A stretch of DNA of 64,000 nt from Okamejei kenojei (GCA_035221665.1 CM069144.1:55614001-55678000), one strand, 5' to 3'; shown: positions 38,419-49,919, counted from the first letter of the stretch. The notes: generated by a model not told the origin, from the sequence alone. Made by a program: numbers and translations.

Positions 38419-39694
38419 ATCGTTCAATGGTTCAGTGGTTCTTTATTATCACATGTACCAAGGTACGGTGAAATTCTTACTTTGCAAACAGTTCATTAAA
38501 ATTATTGCCATGCGTAAATACAATCCCAGATTAAGTACAGGATGAATAGTAACAGCCCACTGTGTCCATATGTAAGAATCACCAGGTTATGGCACCATTT
38601 TTAAAGTCCACACTGGAGCTGGCCATAACGGCCCGTTGCTGTTATCGCCTCCATCCAGATCCATCCAGCACTTTGTGTCTATGGCACTGTGGCAAGTCAA
38701 ATTTCACCACACCAATTGGTGTATGTGATAATAAATGTCCTTTGTATCCTTTGTATCCTTTGTATCCAACAGTGTATATTAATTTTTGCCAATAATAAAC
38801 CAAAGCATCCTGGGGCTATTGATAATATAATTACTTTGAGAGGGAGTTGAGAAAGATGGAAGCAGAATGGTGGAAGGCTGATGACAGTAAGTCAAGAGAT
38901 TGAAACAGGGTCTGGGCAAATATATAGTGCTGGAGGGGGATGAACATAACAGGAATACGAGGAAAAGGACGATAGCTTGGAGACTGAAAGAGTTGGCTGG
39001 GGATGATCTGGTTGAAAGGTGAAGTTTATTTATGCAGGGGAGGATGTGATGCTGGAAATTTGGATACATCCAGAGTGAAACTGAAAGTTTAACCTGATAC
39101 AGCAAAATAAAGGTACTCATTATTTTAATTCTACTATTACTAGTTTGTGCATGTTATACCACGAAAATAACTCACAGCTCAGCCAGAGTGCTAAAGGAAG
39201 AACTTTTTTTAAGAACAGCTGCATTTTGCTGAACTAATAAGACACAATATAGAGAACTAGAGGTGTTAATCTGATATCCCATGTCACACTGTTAAATCAA
39301 CCTGTTTACTGCTGTGGGTAACATGCAATTTAAACTTAGACTTCAGGTGTTATCAATAAAGGTTGAATTTGCAAAGAAGTTTCATAGGTTTGTCATCGCT
39401 GTCCGATTCAATAATTCTTTGCATTTTTTTAAAATTTAATACTCCAGCCAATAGTTTGATGTTGTCAGAGCAAAGGATTTGTCTTGCACTATACAGTCAA
39501 GTCCAAATAAATGGAAGATTTTTACCTCAGTAAAACACTTCAATTTTAGTCTTAGGTTTTGCACACTTATATGCCTTGAAATGCAACCAACTATTGTTCT
39601 TTCAATGACTTACTTCCAGGCATACTGCTATTATATCCCACAAGGAATTATATCATCACAAATTATTATTTTCCTCTTTCAATCAATTCTTTGA

Positions 39695-40100
39695 CCTCAA
39701 TGGTGACACTCGGACTTTGATTGGACTTTGTTGGCTTTACCTCGTACTAAACGCTATCCACTTATCATGAAAGACACAAAATACTGGAGTAACTCAGCGG
39801 GACAGGCAGCATCTCTGGAGAGAAGGAATGGTTGACGTTTCAGGTCGAGACCCTACTTTAGGGATTCTCTCCAGAGATGCTGCCTGTCCTGCTGAGTTAC
39901 TCCGGCATTCTGTGTCTATCTTCGGTTTAAACCAGCATCTGCAGTTCCTTCCAACACATTCCCTTGTCATGTATCTATACACTGTAAATGGCTTGAATGT
40001 AATCATATTTTGTCTTTCTGCTGACTGGTTAGCACGCAACAAAAGCTTTTCACTGTACCTTGGTACACGTGACAGTAAACTAAACTGAACTGAAACTGAA
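39695..40100 (+). mobile_element. Rex1/Babar-type tail containing a Penelope inverted pair (39770-39958)
   Basis: Tail motifs on both sides; hairpin arms 39772-39855 and 39866-39920 plus tail. Confidence 0.8.
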
Positions 40101-40424
40101 CTTTGCTGAAATCCCGGAATCCTTTAGCCGCCCAGTTCCGTTGGAAGATCTTTGACCTGAAACGCCTACTCTGTTTCATCTTCCATAGATACTGCACAGC
40201 CTGCTGCATACTGTATATTTGACTGTGGAGAAGGTGATAACAAGTGAAACTAAGCAGGATGACAGTGAAACTAGTGGCATGACTAGGGTGGGGGTGGGAT
40301 GGAGAGAGAGGGAATGCAATATCTGTTTGTATTGCCATTTTCAGAGAACAATGGACTTGGATCCGAACATCCTTTATATGAAATAACTTTTGGATATCCC
40401 CAAGATAACTATATATTATTGGGT

Positions 40425-40617
40425 GTAGACAAAAATGCTGGAGAAACTCAGCAGGTGAAGCAGCATCTATGGAATGAAGGAAATAGGCAACGTTTCAGGC
40501 CGAAACCATTCTTCAGACCCGAAACGTTGCCTATTTCCTTCGCTCCATAGATGCTGCCTCACCTGCTGAGTTTCTCCAGCATTTTTGTCTACCTTTGATT
40601 TTCCAGCATCTTAAACA
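40425..40617. mobile_element. Young Penelope inverted pair with 15-bp TSD
   Basis: TSD TATATATTATTGGGT at 40410-40424 and 40618-40632; near-perfect inverted arms. Confidence 0.92.
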
Positions 40618-40639
40618 TATATATTATTGGGTATGCTGA

Positions 40640-40985
40640 ATTGTTTCCTTCAGAACAAAAGAGATCAAGGGGAGATTTGGTTGGAGAATGTATATTTATG
40701 AATGTCCTGGAGAGGAAGAATCCATTTTCCTCAGCAGAGGAGTCAAAAACTTGAGGACATTGATTTGATATAACAGTGGCGGAGAGTTTATAGAGATTGA
40801 ATTCTCTCAAAAAAAATGTTGAGGCCTGCATTTGGCTGTCCAGAAGAGTGATATAGGTAGAAATCCTCATCATTTTTAAAAGGTACCTGAATGATTTGAT
40901 GTGAGGTTAGCTGCAAGGTTGTGGAACAAGAGCTGGCAGCTGGGATTAATCTCAAAATGGTACAATTGGCCATCTCATGAGCAAA
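40640..40985 (+). mobile_element. Old CR1 3' fragment
   Basis: AAGGGGAGATTTG...GCAGAGGAGTCAAAAACTTGAGGACAT...TCATTTTTAAAAGGTACCTG. Confidence 0.6.
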
Positions 40986-41910
40986 AAAGATTTATATGAT
41001 ACTGTGGTGTAATCGATATCGATTGTTGTCAAATCTCTGTGATGAAATGTATTATCAGTCTAAATTGAGACAGCAGTTACGTTTGTTCTTTCCTGTACTT
41101 CCATGAATGAGAGATGGTGTGGAAATCCCACCGAATTAACAGCCTGTGGAGGTGTTGTGCATTGGGCCAAGCACCGAGTATCAATGTGGCCGCTGAGCTC
41201 CCTTTGGGTCGGTACCAAGTTTTTGACTTTGAAGCGGAGTTTTTAACTGAAATCTGGGAAAAAATAGTGGAAGATATTTAATGCATTGAGTTCACATCAA
41301 CAATAGGTGCCATAAGTCATTTGACAGCACCATAAGACCCCAAAAGTGACTTTGAAAAAAGGGTGGAAGAAATGTTGACTGTCACATACATCAGCCATGT
41401 GCCACTGTATGACCTGAGCTATGAGTTGTTTTCGGAGTTGCATCTGGGTTCCGCTGTTGACAGATTTTATTCAAAAGTAAAATCAAAGAGGCTGGGTCGA
41501 AGCTTTTGTTTTGGCTGTAATCTTTTAATTTAAAGATTAAAGGAACACATAGAACCTTCTGACCTGTGACTGGTAAAAGAACAAAAAGGGATTTCCAGTG
41601 ACCAGTCCTTGGTATCAGATGGAATCCCTTTACGCTCCAGTCTCCACTTTATTTTTGCGCATTCAGCTTTGCAAGACGATTTGCTTCTGTGCTTTCAGCC
41701 ACATATCACGAGCCCATGAATCGCAAGAGAATACTTCTGAGTCAGTAAGTCAAGATGCCTTCTGGGATCCAGGGTATCCAGAGTATCCATCCAATGTATC
41801 AAGCTAGCATCCAAACCACACCATTTTGTTTCTCTCACTCAGCTCTAAATCCATGGTGCAAATTGTTTCTGATTTAAACATCATTTGTTACTCACATTCA
41901 GGCTTAGTAT

Positions 41911-42489
41911 CATAATAATAACTTTATTACGGACTCAAGGTCCAGACAAGGGGCAACATTACATTAAAAATGCATTGCATATCAAATATCATAAATATAT
42001 ATAAAATCATGGTAAATCACATAAAAACATCATAATTTATATATTTAAAAAAAACCCCACAATACTTAAGTTGAAAATCCAGAGTAAAAAATGATCAATG
42101 TTGTACAACGAGACAACAATACCAGTGTCTCCACAACTGGGATTCGTAGCGTGTAGTGCTAACCCTTATGTTTGTCAAGGCCACAATAAGCACATTTTTA
42201 GAGTCATTTATCCTGCAAATGAATTTATACATGTGGTGTCTTAGGGTAGCTTCTAAAGTACTGACTCCTGCAGCCACAAACATATTACTGGCACTACACC
42301 ATCTTGGTTGCCTTAGCAGTGTCCTCATGGCATCGTTATATGCCACCTTTAGTCTCTGCATACTTGTCTTTAAATAGCTCGACCACAGGTGTGCAGTGTA
42401 GAGGGGTGTGCAGTATGCTCTAAATAGCAACATCTTCACCACATCTGCACACGCACCAAATTTACGCAAGAGGATATCCCCCCCCCTTT
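41911..42489 (-). mobile_element. Young 5'-truncated RTE-X-like LINE
   Basis: Open 124-aa ORF RKFGACADVVKMLLFRAYCTPLYTAHLW...LKVAYNDAMRTLLRQPRWCSASNMFV, resembling the RTE-X C-terminus. (ATT)n tail; TSD CTTAGTAT at 41903-41910 and 42490-42497. Confidence 0.8.
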
Positions 42490-42490
42490 C

Positions 42491-42801
42491 TTAGTATAGT
42501 TTAGTTTAGAGATACAGTATGGAAACAGGCCCTTCGGCCCACCGAGTCTGTGCCAACCAGCTATCCCTGCACACAAACGCTATCCTGCACACATTAGGTA
42601 CAATTTACAAGCCAATTAACCTACAAACCTGTGTGTCTTTGGAGTGTGGGAGGAAAGCGAAGATCTCAGAGAAAACCAGGTCACGGGGAGAACGTACAAG
42701 CTCCGTACATACAATCACCCATAGTCGGGATTGAACCTGGGGCACTGGTGCTGTAAGCACTGTAAGTCATCAAATCTACCACTGCACCACCATGTCGCCC
42801 C
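42491..42801 (-). mobile_element. HE1/V-SINE
   Basis: Full structure; the RTE-X copy inserted into its tail. Confidence 0.9.
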
Positions 42802-43423
42802 TCCCTCATTCACTTCTTAAGATGCAGAAGTATTTTATTCAAGAAATGGACTTAGTGACCCAGGTTGCATTTACTCATTGTGTTTTTCTGATCGATTAAC
42901 TGCTTTCCCTGATTAGACTGAGTTCTCACATTCTGGTGTTAGGGTTCTGGTAGGTTGGTAGTGCATCTCCTGGTATTTCCATGCCTGCTACCATCAAAGG
43001 TTCTGCCAGAGAGAGAGGTGACCACCAGACGATGCTGATAGGTACTACAGGAATATCCTGTTGCTGTTATCCTCTGAAACAAGTATATCATTGTGGATGC
43101 ACTTGAGGGTGATGACCTCTCAGGGCCAAATAGTAGCAGAGGTCAGAACGGTGGCGCTGTATCTGATTCTGTTACGCGGCAGTGTAGGGCTAAGTTCAGG
43201 TAAGCAATAGTGATGGGACACTCCTTCGTCAGGGGTATAGGCAGTCTTTCTTGTGGCCATGAATGAGACTCCAGGATGATGTGTGGCCTCTCGGGTGCCA
43301 GGGTCAAGTGTGTCTTAGGGCAGTCACGGGGCATTCTGAGAGGGGAGGGTGAGCAACCAGAGTTTATGGGCCACGTTGTTATCAACAATATTGTTAGGAT
43401 GGGAGACAAGGTCCTGCAAAGAG

Positions 43424-43636
43424 AAGAGTAGGAAGGAACTGCAGATGCTGGTTTACATTGAAGATAGACACAAAAAGCTGGGACAGGCACCATCCCTGGA
43501 TTGAAGGAATGGGTGACGTTTCGGGTCGAGACCCTTCTTCAGACAAACAAGGGTCTCGATCCAAAAACGTTACCCATTCCTTCTATCCAGAGATGCTGCC
43601 TGTCCCACTGAGTTACTCCAGCCTTTTGTATCTATC
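43424..43636. mobile_element. Penelope inverted pair inserted in CR1 ORF1
   Basis: TSD TCCTG(C/T)AAAGAG at 43412-43423 and 43637-43648. Confidence 0.88.
43513..43544 (-). ncRNA. Minimal type-I hammerhead ribozyme motif (Penelope-type)
   Basis: Minus strand GT-CTGAAGA-A-GGGTC-TC-GACCC-GAAA-CGTC-AC: intact CUGANGA and GAAA cores, stem II, palindromic ACGT stem III and a GUC site. Stem I appears to be only ~2 bp. Confidence 0.65.
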
Positions 43637-44204
43637 TCCTGTAAAGAGTATTTAGGGCATATGGTGTAGGTTAAAAAACAGGACCTCCATGGTTGCATTC
43701 TTAGGGTTACTACCCATACCGCATGCTAGTGCTTGTTTTATCACTTTTTTTCTCCTCTATTTAAGATAAACATTTTAAAATTGAAATATATTGTTGGGCA
43801 TATGTTTTCTGTTGTTGGTCAGACAAAGGAGGACTTGCTGCCACTATGCTTTTGTGGAGACTATGAAGAAAATATTGGAAATGCAGATACTTCCACAGAC
43901 AAGGCAAGACGTGTCTGAAAGGATGGTGGGTGAATTGTTTGTGATCTACTCCCGTCCTTTGGCACCTGCACAGGGTTTACTCATACTCCCAATGTCCTGA
44001 ATGCTCCTTCTCTACATTGAAGAGTCCCTGGTGTCAGTGGACTGTTGCATTTCTTTAAAAGGGCTATGAGCATATTTTTGGATGTTTTGCCTTTGTCCAA
44101 CTGGTAAGCAATCTGGACATGTGAACAATGTAGCCACCCTAAACAGCCATCCGAATGCCTCATCTAGGGCCTCAGTGCTGGGAGATGTTGGCATGGACAT
44201 TATG

Positions 44205-44345
44205 TGTAGGATGGAACTGCAGGTACTGAGAATACGCACAAAATGCTGGAGTAACTCAGCAGGTCAGGCAGCATCTCTGGAGAAAAGGAGCAGGTGATAT
44301 TTCAGGTCGGAACCCTTCTTCAGACTCATTTTGTGTCTATCTTCG
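44205..44345 (-). mobile_element. Penelope pseudo-LTR
   Basis: GGAACTGCAG...CTGGAGTAACTCAGCAGGTCAGGCAGCATCTCTGG...CCCTTCTTCAGACT. Confidence 0.85.
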
Positions 44346-44432
44346 GACATTCACAAGCATATTGGAGGTCAGGCATCACAATTGCCTGGTGGACCACAGC
44401 TTTTGAACCAGGTGTGAGTTCTTGTTCTTCAA

Positions 44433-44758
44433 AGGGCAGCATGGCGGCGCAGCAGGAGAGTTACTGCATTACAGCGCTTGCAGAGCAGCGGGTTCGATCC
44501 CGACCACGGGTGCTGACAGTACGGAGTTTGTATGTTCTCCACGTGACTGCGTGGGTTTTCTCCAAGTTGTTCAGTTTCCTCCCATGACCTAAAGACGTAA
44601 AGGTTTGTAGGTTAATTGTCTTGGGTTTATATACTTGGCTTAAGTATAATTGTTCCTAGTGTGTGTAGGATAGTGTTAACTTGCGGGGATCGCTGTTCGG
44701 CATGGACTCAGTGGGCCAAAGGGCCTGTTTCCATGCTGTATCTCTAAACTAAACTAAA
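44433..44758 (+). mobile_element. HE1/V-SINE
   Basis: Head with GGGTTCGATCC, V-domain and tail. Confidence 0.9.
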
Positions 44759-44790
44759 AACCTTAACTAAATACCCTTTTCCTCAAATGG

Positions 44791-44933
44791 TTTCTTCTTC
44801 TTCTTGCGTGTGGCGTGCACAGCCTAAAGTTGTAGGTCAACTTTCTGTTCTATTTGATCTTGTTTGTGCACGTCGGGTTGTTTGCATTAGTCGAAACAGG
44901 GCGGACCACGTGAAGGCTGCAATCTCCCACCCC
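44791..44933 (-). mobile_element. Short non-autonomous retroposon with ribozyme head and Vingi/Ingi-like tail
   Basis: 8-bp TSD TCAAATGG (44783-44790, 44935-44942). Minus-strand tail ...GTGCACGCCACACGCAAGAAGAAGAAGAA. No tRNA/5S head and no ORF. Confidence 0.8.
44880..44933 (-). ncRNA. HDV-like self-cleaving ribozyme (54 nt, minimal P4)
   Basis: Minus strand: GGGGTGG(P1) GA GATTGCA(P2) GCC(P3) TTCACGT(L3) GGT(P3') CCGCCCT(P1') GTTTCGA C(putative catalytic) TAA TGCAAAC(P2'). G1.U wobble at the predicted cleavage site. Confidence 0.8.
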
Positions 44934-45474
44934 ATCAAATGGCTAAAGATTGTGTTGTTGCACTGAAGACAGAGGTGAATTTCATCCCTGATGTTTGCCT
45001 TTGCCAAGAGGTGACTCCTGAGATATGGGAAATAGACTACCACCTCATGCATCTCACTGTAATGCTTTATTTTCAGAAGGCAATGGCTTGCATTTTGGGC
45101 AGGCTTGTAGAGGACCCTTGCCATGCAGATGTTGAATGTAAGGTTCATCCTCTCATATGTTTCTGGAGAGAACCACTGGCTAACATTATTAATTGGATCA
45201 GAGCATTCTTGAAATTCATAGCAACACGTTGAAGTACAGAGGACACACTGGAGATGATATGTTGGCAGATTTGATATCTCACCTTGCATTTGGTCTCAAC
45301 ACTGTCCAAGGGTGGGCCCAGTCATACTATGTGAGGTGCCAGATACATTTTGTACTTGTCTGTTCTGTTTAATGCCAGCCCTAAATGGCTCATGTTAACA
45401 CTGTCCTATTCATACACATGAGGTTCCTGACCTGCATGGAAAGTGTCAATGAAGTTGAGCACTTTGTTTCCCTG

Positions 45475-46100
45475 GTCAACAGGGTTGGAGCACACATAAT
45501 TGAGGGTAATATACTGACGTAGATTGAAAATTGGCTATCAGACAGCAAGTGAAGAGAGGGAACAAACGGACCTTTCTCAGGTTGGCAAGCTGTGATTTAT
45601 GGGATACCACAGGGAGTGGTGCTTGGCCCTGCTCTATATCAATGATTTGACTGAGGGGACTAAATGCAATATTTCCAGATTTGCAGGTGAAACAAAAGTT
45701 GGACTGCGAGTATGTAGAGAGATTTTGAAGGGGCCTCAAGGGGATTTAGGCAAGCTGAATGGATGGGCAAGTATGCAGCTGTTGAAATATAATGTAGAAA
45801 TATGTGGTTATCCTCTTTGATACCCAAAGTGAGAAACAGATTTTTTCTTAAATTGTGTATAATTGGGTGAAATGGATGTTCAAAGGGATCTCGGTGTTCT
45901 TGTCGACTTCACTGAAAGCCAACACATCCCATCTACATCCCAAAATATAATCCATGTAGCAAATAATTAGGTAGGCAAATGGCATGTTAGCATTCATCGT
46001 GAGAGGTCATTAATGCGAAGATGTTTTGGTAGAATTTTTTGGAGCCTTAGTGAGACTGCGTCTAAATTATTGTGTATAGTTTTGGTTTCCTTATAAAAAA
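45475..46100 (+). mobile_element. Old CR1 RT fragment
   Basis: Degenerate GIPQGVVLGP, YINDLTEGTKCNISRFAGETKVG and RLRLNYCV.FWFP. Confidence 0.8.
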
Positions 46101-46844
46101 AAAGGAATAAACAGGTTATATAAAACATGAGAATTCAAGGAGATCTGGAACATGAAACGGATTAAAAATAGCATGCTCTGATCCCTGAATCTGAGCTAAA
46201 ATTGCAACATTTTGTTTAGATAAATAGAAAATATATTGTGAAATCCTAACCACATAATTCACCAGCAGGATGCAGGGCAATTCCATTGGCCTTTTTTATG
46301 GGTTCTGTTTATATCCTACAATTAAAATAAGTAATTATTTGATTGAATGCGTTTAATGATGCAATGTATTTTAGTACCACATGTTTTTGCTGTGTCCGGT
46401 ATCCCACCGGCTAGAGGGTGCTGACATGAGGATGGAAACACTTTGAACTGATTCTGCTTGTTCTGCTTCATATATTTATGGAGTAAAATCATGCTTTGAT
46501 ACGTATCAAAATACATATTTTCAATTGAGGTCAAATAGTTCCAAAATAAATTATTGCGCAATTTAATAGTTATTTATTACATTTTTGCGTATTAGAGTTT
46601 ATGGAATTTATCATAACTTCTATATTTCGTATATAATGTATTGCAGCATCCATAATGTTCCTTTATGATATTATACACAGTTCCTGGGGAAAATGTACAT
46701 TTTAATGTAACTTATATCCATATTTAATTTCCAGGGTGAGAGTGGAAGTGGGAAGTAAATAAAATAAAGTCTTGCATTTATAGTGTTCCTTTAACATTCC
46801 TTCTAGTGCATCCCAAAATATAATCCATGTTTTAGAGCATCCGA

Positions 46845-47153
46845 TTTAGTTTAGTTTGAGTTTAGTTAAGAGATACAGCGTGGAAACAGGTCCTTCAGCT
46901 CACTGAGTCCGCACCAACCAATGATCACCCATACACTTGTTATATGCTAACACTAGGGACAATTTGCAGAAGCTAATCAACCTAAAACCTACACACATTT
47001 GGATTGTGGGAGGAAACCGGAGCACCCGGAGAAAACCCACACGGTCACAGGCAGAATGTAGAGACTCTGTACAGACACCACCCCGTAGTCAGGATTGAAC
47101 CTGGATCTCTGGTGCTGTAAAACAGCAACTCTACCGCTGTGCTACTGTGCCCA
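46845..47153 (-). mobile_element. HE1/V-SINE
   Basis: Full head-V-tail structure in reverse. Confidence 0.9.
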
Positions 47154-47499
47154 TCCTTGTGCAAAGAAAATTCTCATGAGTAGCTAAAGAACTGTTTTAG
47201 TAAAAGTTGATGCTGGAGCTTTGCGACTCCTTCTGGGCTGGTCACAGAAGAAGATCTACTTCCATCCAATACAATCACACCACTCTTTTAAATCTCTATT
47301 CCAATTGGAAATCAATTTTTCTCATTGTCCTGAATTTACATTCTGCACTCTTCAATTTTTCTCTTTGCTCTACCTATTGTACTTATGAATGGATTAATTG
47401 CATTCATGTATAGTATTATCTGATTTAATTGGGTAGCACACAAAAAGAAAAGTTTTTCACTCTATCTCAGTACATGCGGCAATAGTTTGAAAGATAAAC

Positions 47500-47706
47500 A
47501 TTGTCTCCAATGCTGGTCGTGAATCCTCCCTTCAGCCTCTGTTCAAAATACTGCAGAAACAAGCAGCCTCCAATTTAATGTCTCAGAGGAAGCTCCGTCT
47601 ATACTCCACAGGCCCAGATTTGTGTGCTTAAGACTCTAGTACAGAGTCTAATTCCCCACAACCTTCTGATCCAGAGAGAGAATGCTCCCAATTGATACAT
47701 AGCTGA
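47500..47706 (-). mobile_element. Ancient Deu-SINE (SacSINE-like) relic
   Basis: CCTCCAATTTAATGTCTCA...GATTTGTGTGCTTAAGACTCT...CCCACAACCTTCTGATCCAGAG; related to 49560-49782 and ~21680-21840. Confidence 0.55.
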
Positions 47707-49189
47707 GATCGGTATAACTGTTATATGACTGTTGAGCTTCCAACATTTTGTCCTTCATGAAAACTTCTGCCAGCTTCATATCCTTATCTCCATAACCCTG
47801 TAACAATTTGGATCCATGTCTAAGGCTGCAACTCCACTGAGTGAAAAAACTACCTTCCCGATGTCTTTGGCCAAAAGGTTCTCTCTCGTTGCTGTTTTTT
47901 CTCATGATCTCAAGGAAGAGCTGCGGGACTCAATCGCAGAATGCAGTTCGCTTCAGGTTTCTTATTTGGCCTTAAAATAGTCTCCATTAGTGAGATACAA
48001 TTTGAGAATGCCTCCTTTGGCAACTGCTCCTTGCACTAAATATTTAAATGCCCCAGCTCTTGCAATCTGGAATTGGGTAAATGTCTTAAATGGAACCTGT
48101 TGGAAGCACTATGCTTATTGTGGTTCTAGTACTGAGGTAGGCATGCAGTAACATAATGCTTAATATATACAATAATAGGGTAATGTTGAAATTCAGAGTT
48201 TAAATATAGTTTAACTAGTAAACCTAAAAAACATTTAGTTGTTTTTTTAAACCTGATTATATTCCATGTCCAAATGTTTAGTATGTTTGCATTAATTTCT
48301 TGTGTAATTTTCGCAACATTACATTGACAAAAATAGACATCTTGGCATATTTCTTTAGTGCATTAAATATTATGGGTTATTTTTATGCAGCAACTGATTG
48401 TATAACAGAACATATTTTAATTTAATGTACAATGCTGATGAAAAACCGTATATTTCATCAACATTGTCCATTAAATTAAATAGGTTCTGTTGTACAATTG
48501 GTTGCAGCAATTTATTTCACAGATTGAGGCAGCCTACACTTATAGTCTGTATTATTTTCTTGGTACTTTGTTACTTTATTTTCATTGACTTTAAACCATT
48601 GCTTCCTGAAATAACAATTTGTATACCTATTCCTTATTAGAATTGCACAGATGGCAATGAGGGATTTTCTGTTTCTGGAAATCAGAAATAAATACATCAC
48701 TGTCTCATTACTACAACATTTCTGGCCCCCACTAACTTTATCCCTACTGAACTATTATTTAAGTCAGTGCATGGGACTCGGTCCAAAATAAGACAAGCTG
48801 CTCGTGTAGCTCTTCATTGATTTTCCCTTAATTTGTATTAAGACAAAGTCCATAAAATTATACAAAGCTGGTAATACACAATGCATTGATTTGAAATTTG
48901 TATTCTTCGTTATTTAATGGTAAGCGTGATTTGATAGACTCTTGTTTGATTTTTTCAACTGAAGAGTACAAAAGAATATAAAGGTAGGAGGATGAATGGA
49001 TTTAGCATATCGATCAGCTATAAATTAAATGAATGACAAAATAAGCTAAAGAAACTGAATGGCGGCTTAAATTTACATGCATTTATATTAAACATTATAG
49101 TGGTGAAAGAATATATTACGTGGTGCTATGATTGTATGGAGTGATTCTCTTTATTCTTGGTCCTATACGTTTCTAAGATATGAGGTAAA

Positions 49190-49350
49190 GGGCGGCACAG
49201 TGGACAGCGGTAGTTATTGCCTTATAGCTTTGATCATGACTAGATTGTAAAATTGTCGCGAGAATGAAGGGTGGTGTTAGTGTACAGGGGTCGCTCGTCG
49301 GCACGGACTTTGTGGGTTGAAAGGCTGCATCTCTAAACTTAACTAAATTA
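49190..49350 (+). mobile_element. V-SINE lacking the V-domain (internal deletion)
   Basis: GGGCGGCACAGTGG head joined almost directly to the tail. Confidence 0.7.
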
Positions 49351-49559
49351 AATCCTTGGGACATTTGTTTTAACTTATCAGCAACAACTCATTGTTAAAA
49401 AAGAAACAAGGCAGCATTCACAGCTGTTTCAGGCCAACTTTTAAAGTACAGCTACCTTTATAATTGAGAGAACAGGTCACTGCCTCAACAAGCTCTGATA
49501 AACCACCAAATGGAAATGATCCACTCAGCACCCTCCATTTGTTGACAAGGGTTGGATAG

Positions 49560-49782
49560 TATTCAGGACATTGGAGGTAATTCCTTTAGTTCTTTTTTAA
49601 GGAAGTGCCATAGAATATTCCGCGCACATCTGATGGGAGTGAGCGAGGTTCCAGATGAATGGTTCACTTGAAAGATGACATCTCTGATAACTTGGTCAGT
49701 CACTGCAGTTGCAGTCCACATTTTTCATTCTTACTCATGTGAGTGAGACATGAACCCACACCCTCATCTGAGGCACAGCTGA
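49560..49782 (-). mobile_element. Ancient Deu-SINE (SacSINE-like) relic
   Basis: CAGGACATTGG...AGTGCCATAGAAT...GAAAGATGACATCTCTGA...TGAACCCACA...CACAGCTGACA resembles the reverse Deu domain and tRNA head. Confidence 0.6.
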
Positions 49783-49787
49783 CAATA

Positions 49788-49919
49788 CAGTCTGAAGAAC
49801 GGTCTCGTCCCGAAAAGTCACCCATTCCTTCTCTCCAGAGATGCTGCCTGTCCCGCTGAGTTACTCCAGGTTTTTAGGTCTATCTTTGGTTTAAACCAGC
49901 ACCTGCCGATCCTTTCTAC
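49788..49919 (+). mobile_element. Solo Penelope pseudo-LTR with 13-bp TSD
   Basis: TSD ACAATACAGTCTG at 49782-49794 and 49920-49932, overlapping the element start by microhomology. Confidence 0.88.

Larger units (their letters stand above)
43060..43730 (+). pseudogene. CR1 ORF1 SGNH/GDSL-esterase domain remnant
   Basis: AIVMGHSFVRG...DSRMMCGLSGARVK...GILRGEGEQPE..GHVVINNI corresponds to the CR1 ORF1 motifs GDSIVRG, CLPGARV and HIGTNDI. Confidence 0.8.

Noticed and set aside
44837-45289. 150-aa minus-strand ORF overlapping the ribozyme element
   Set aside because: Spans an old LINE remnant and the mini-retroposon across its TSD; no recognisable domain.
46725-46765. TTTCCAG followed by GGT GAG AGT GGA AGT GGG AAG (GESGSGK, myosin P-loop-like)
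   Set aside because: Immediately followed by TAA, with no neighbouring myosin exons; likely chance.
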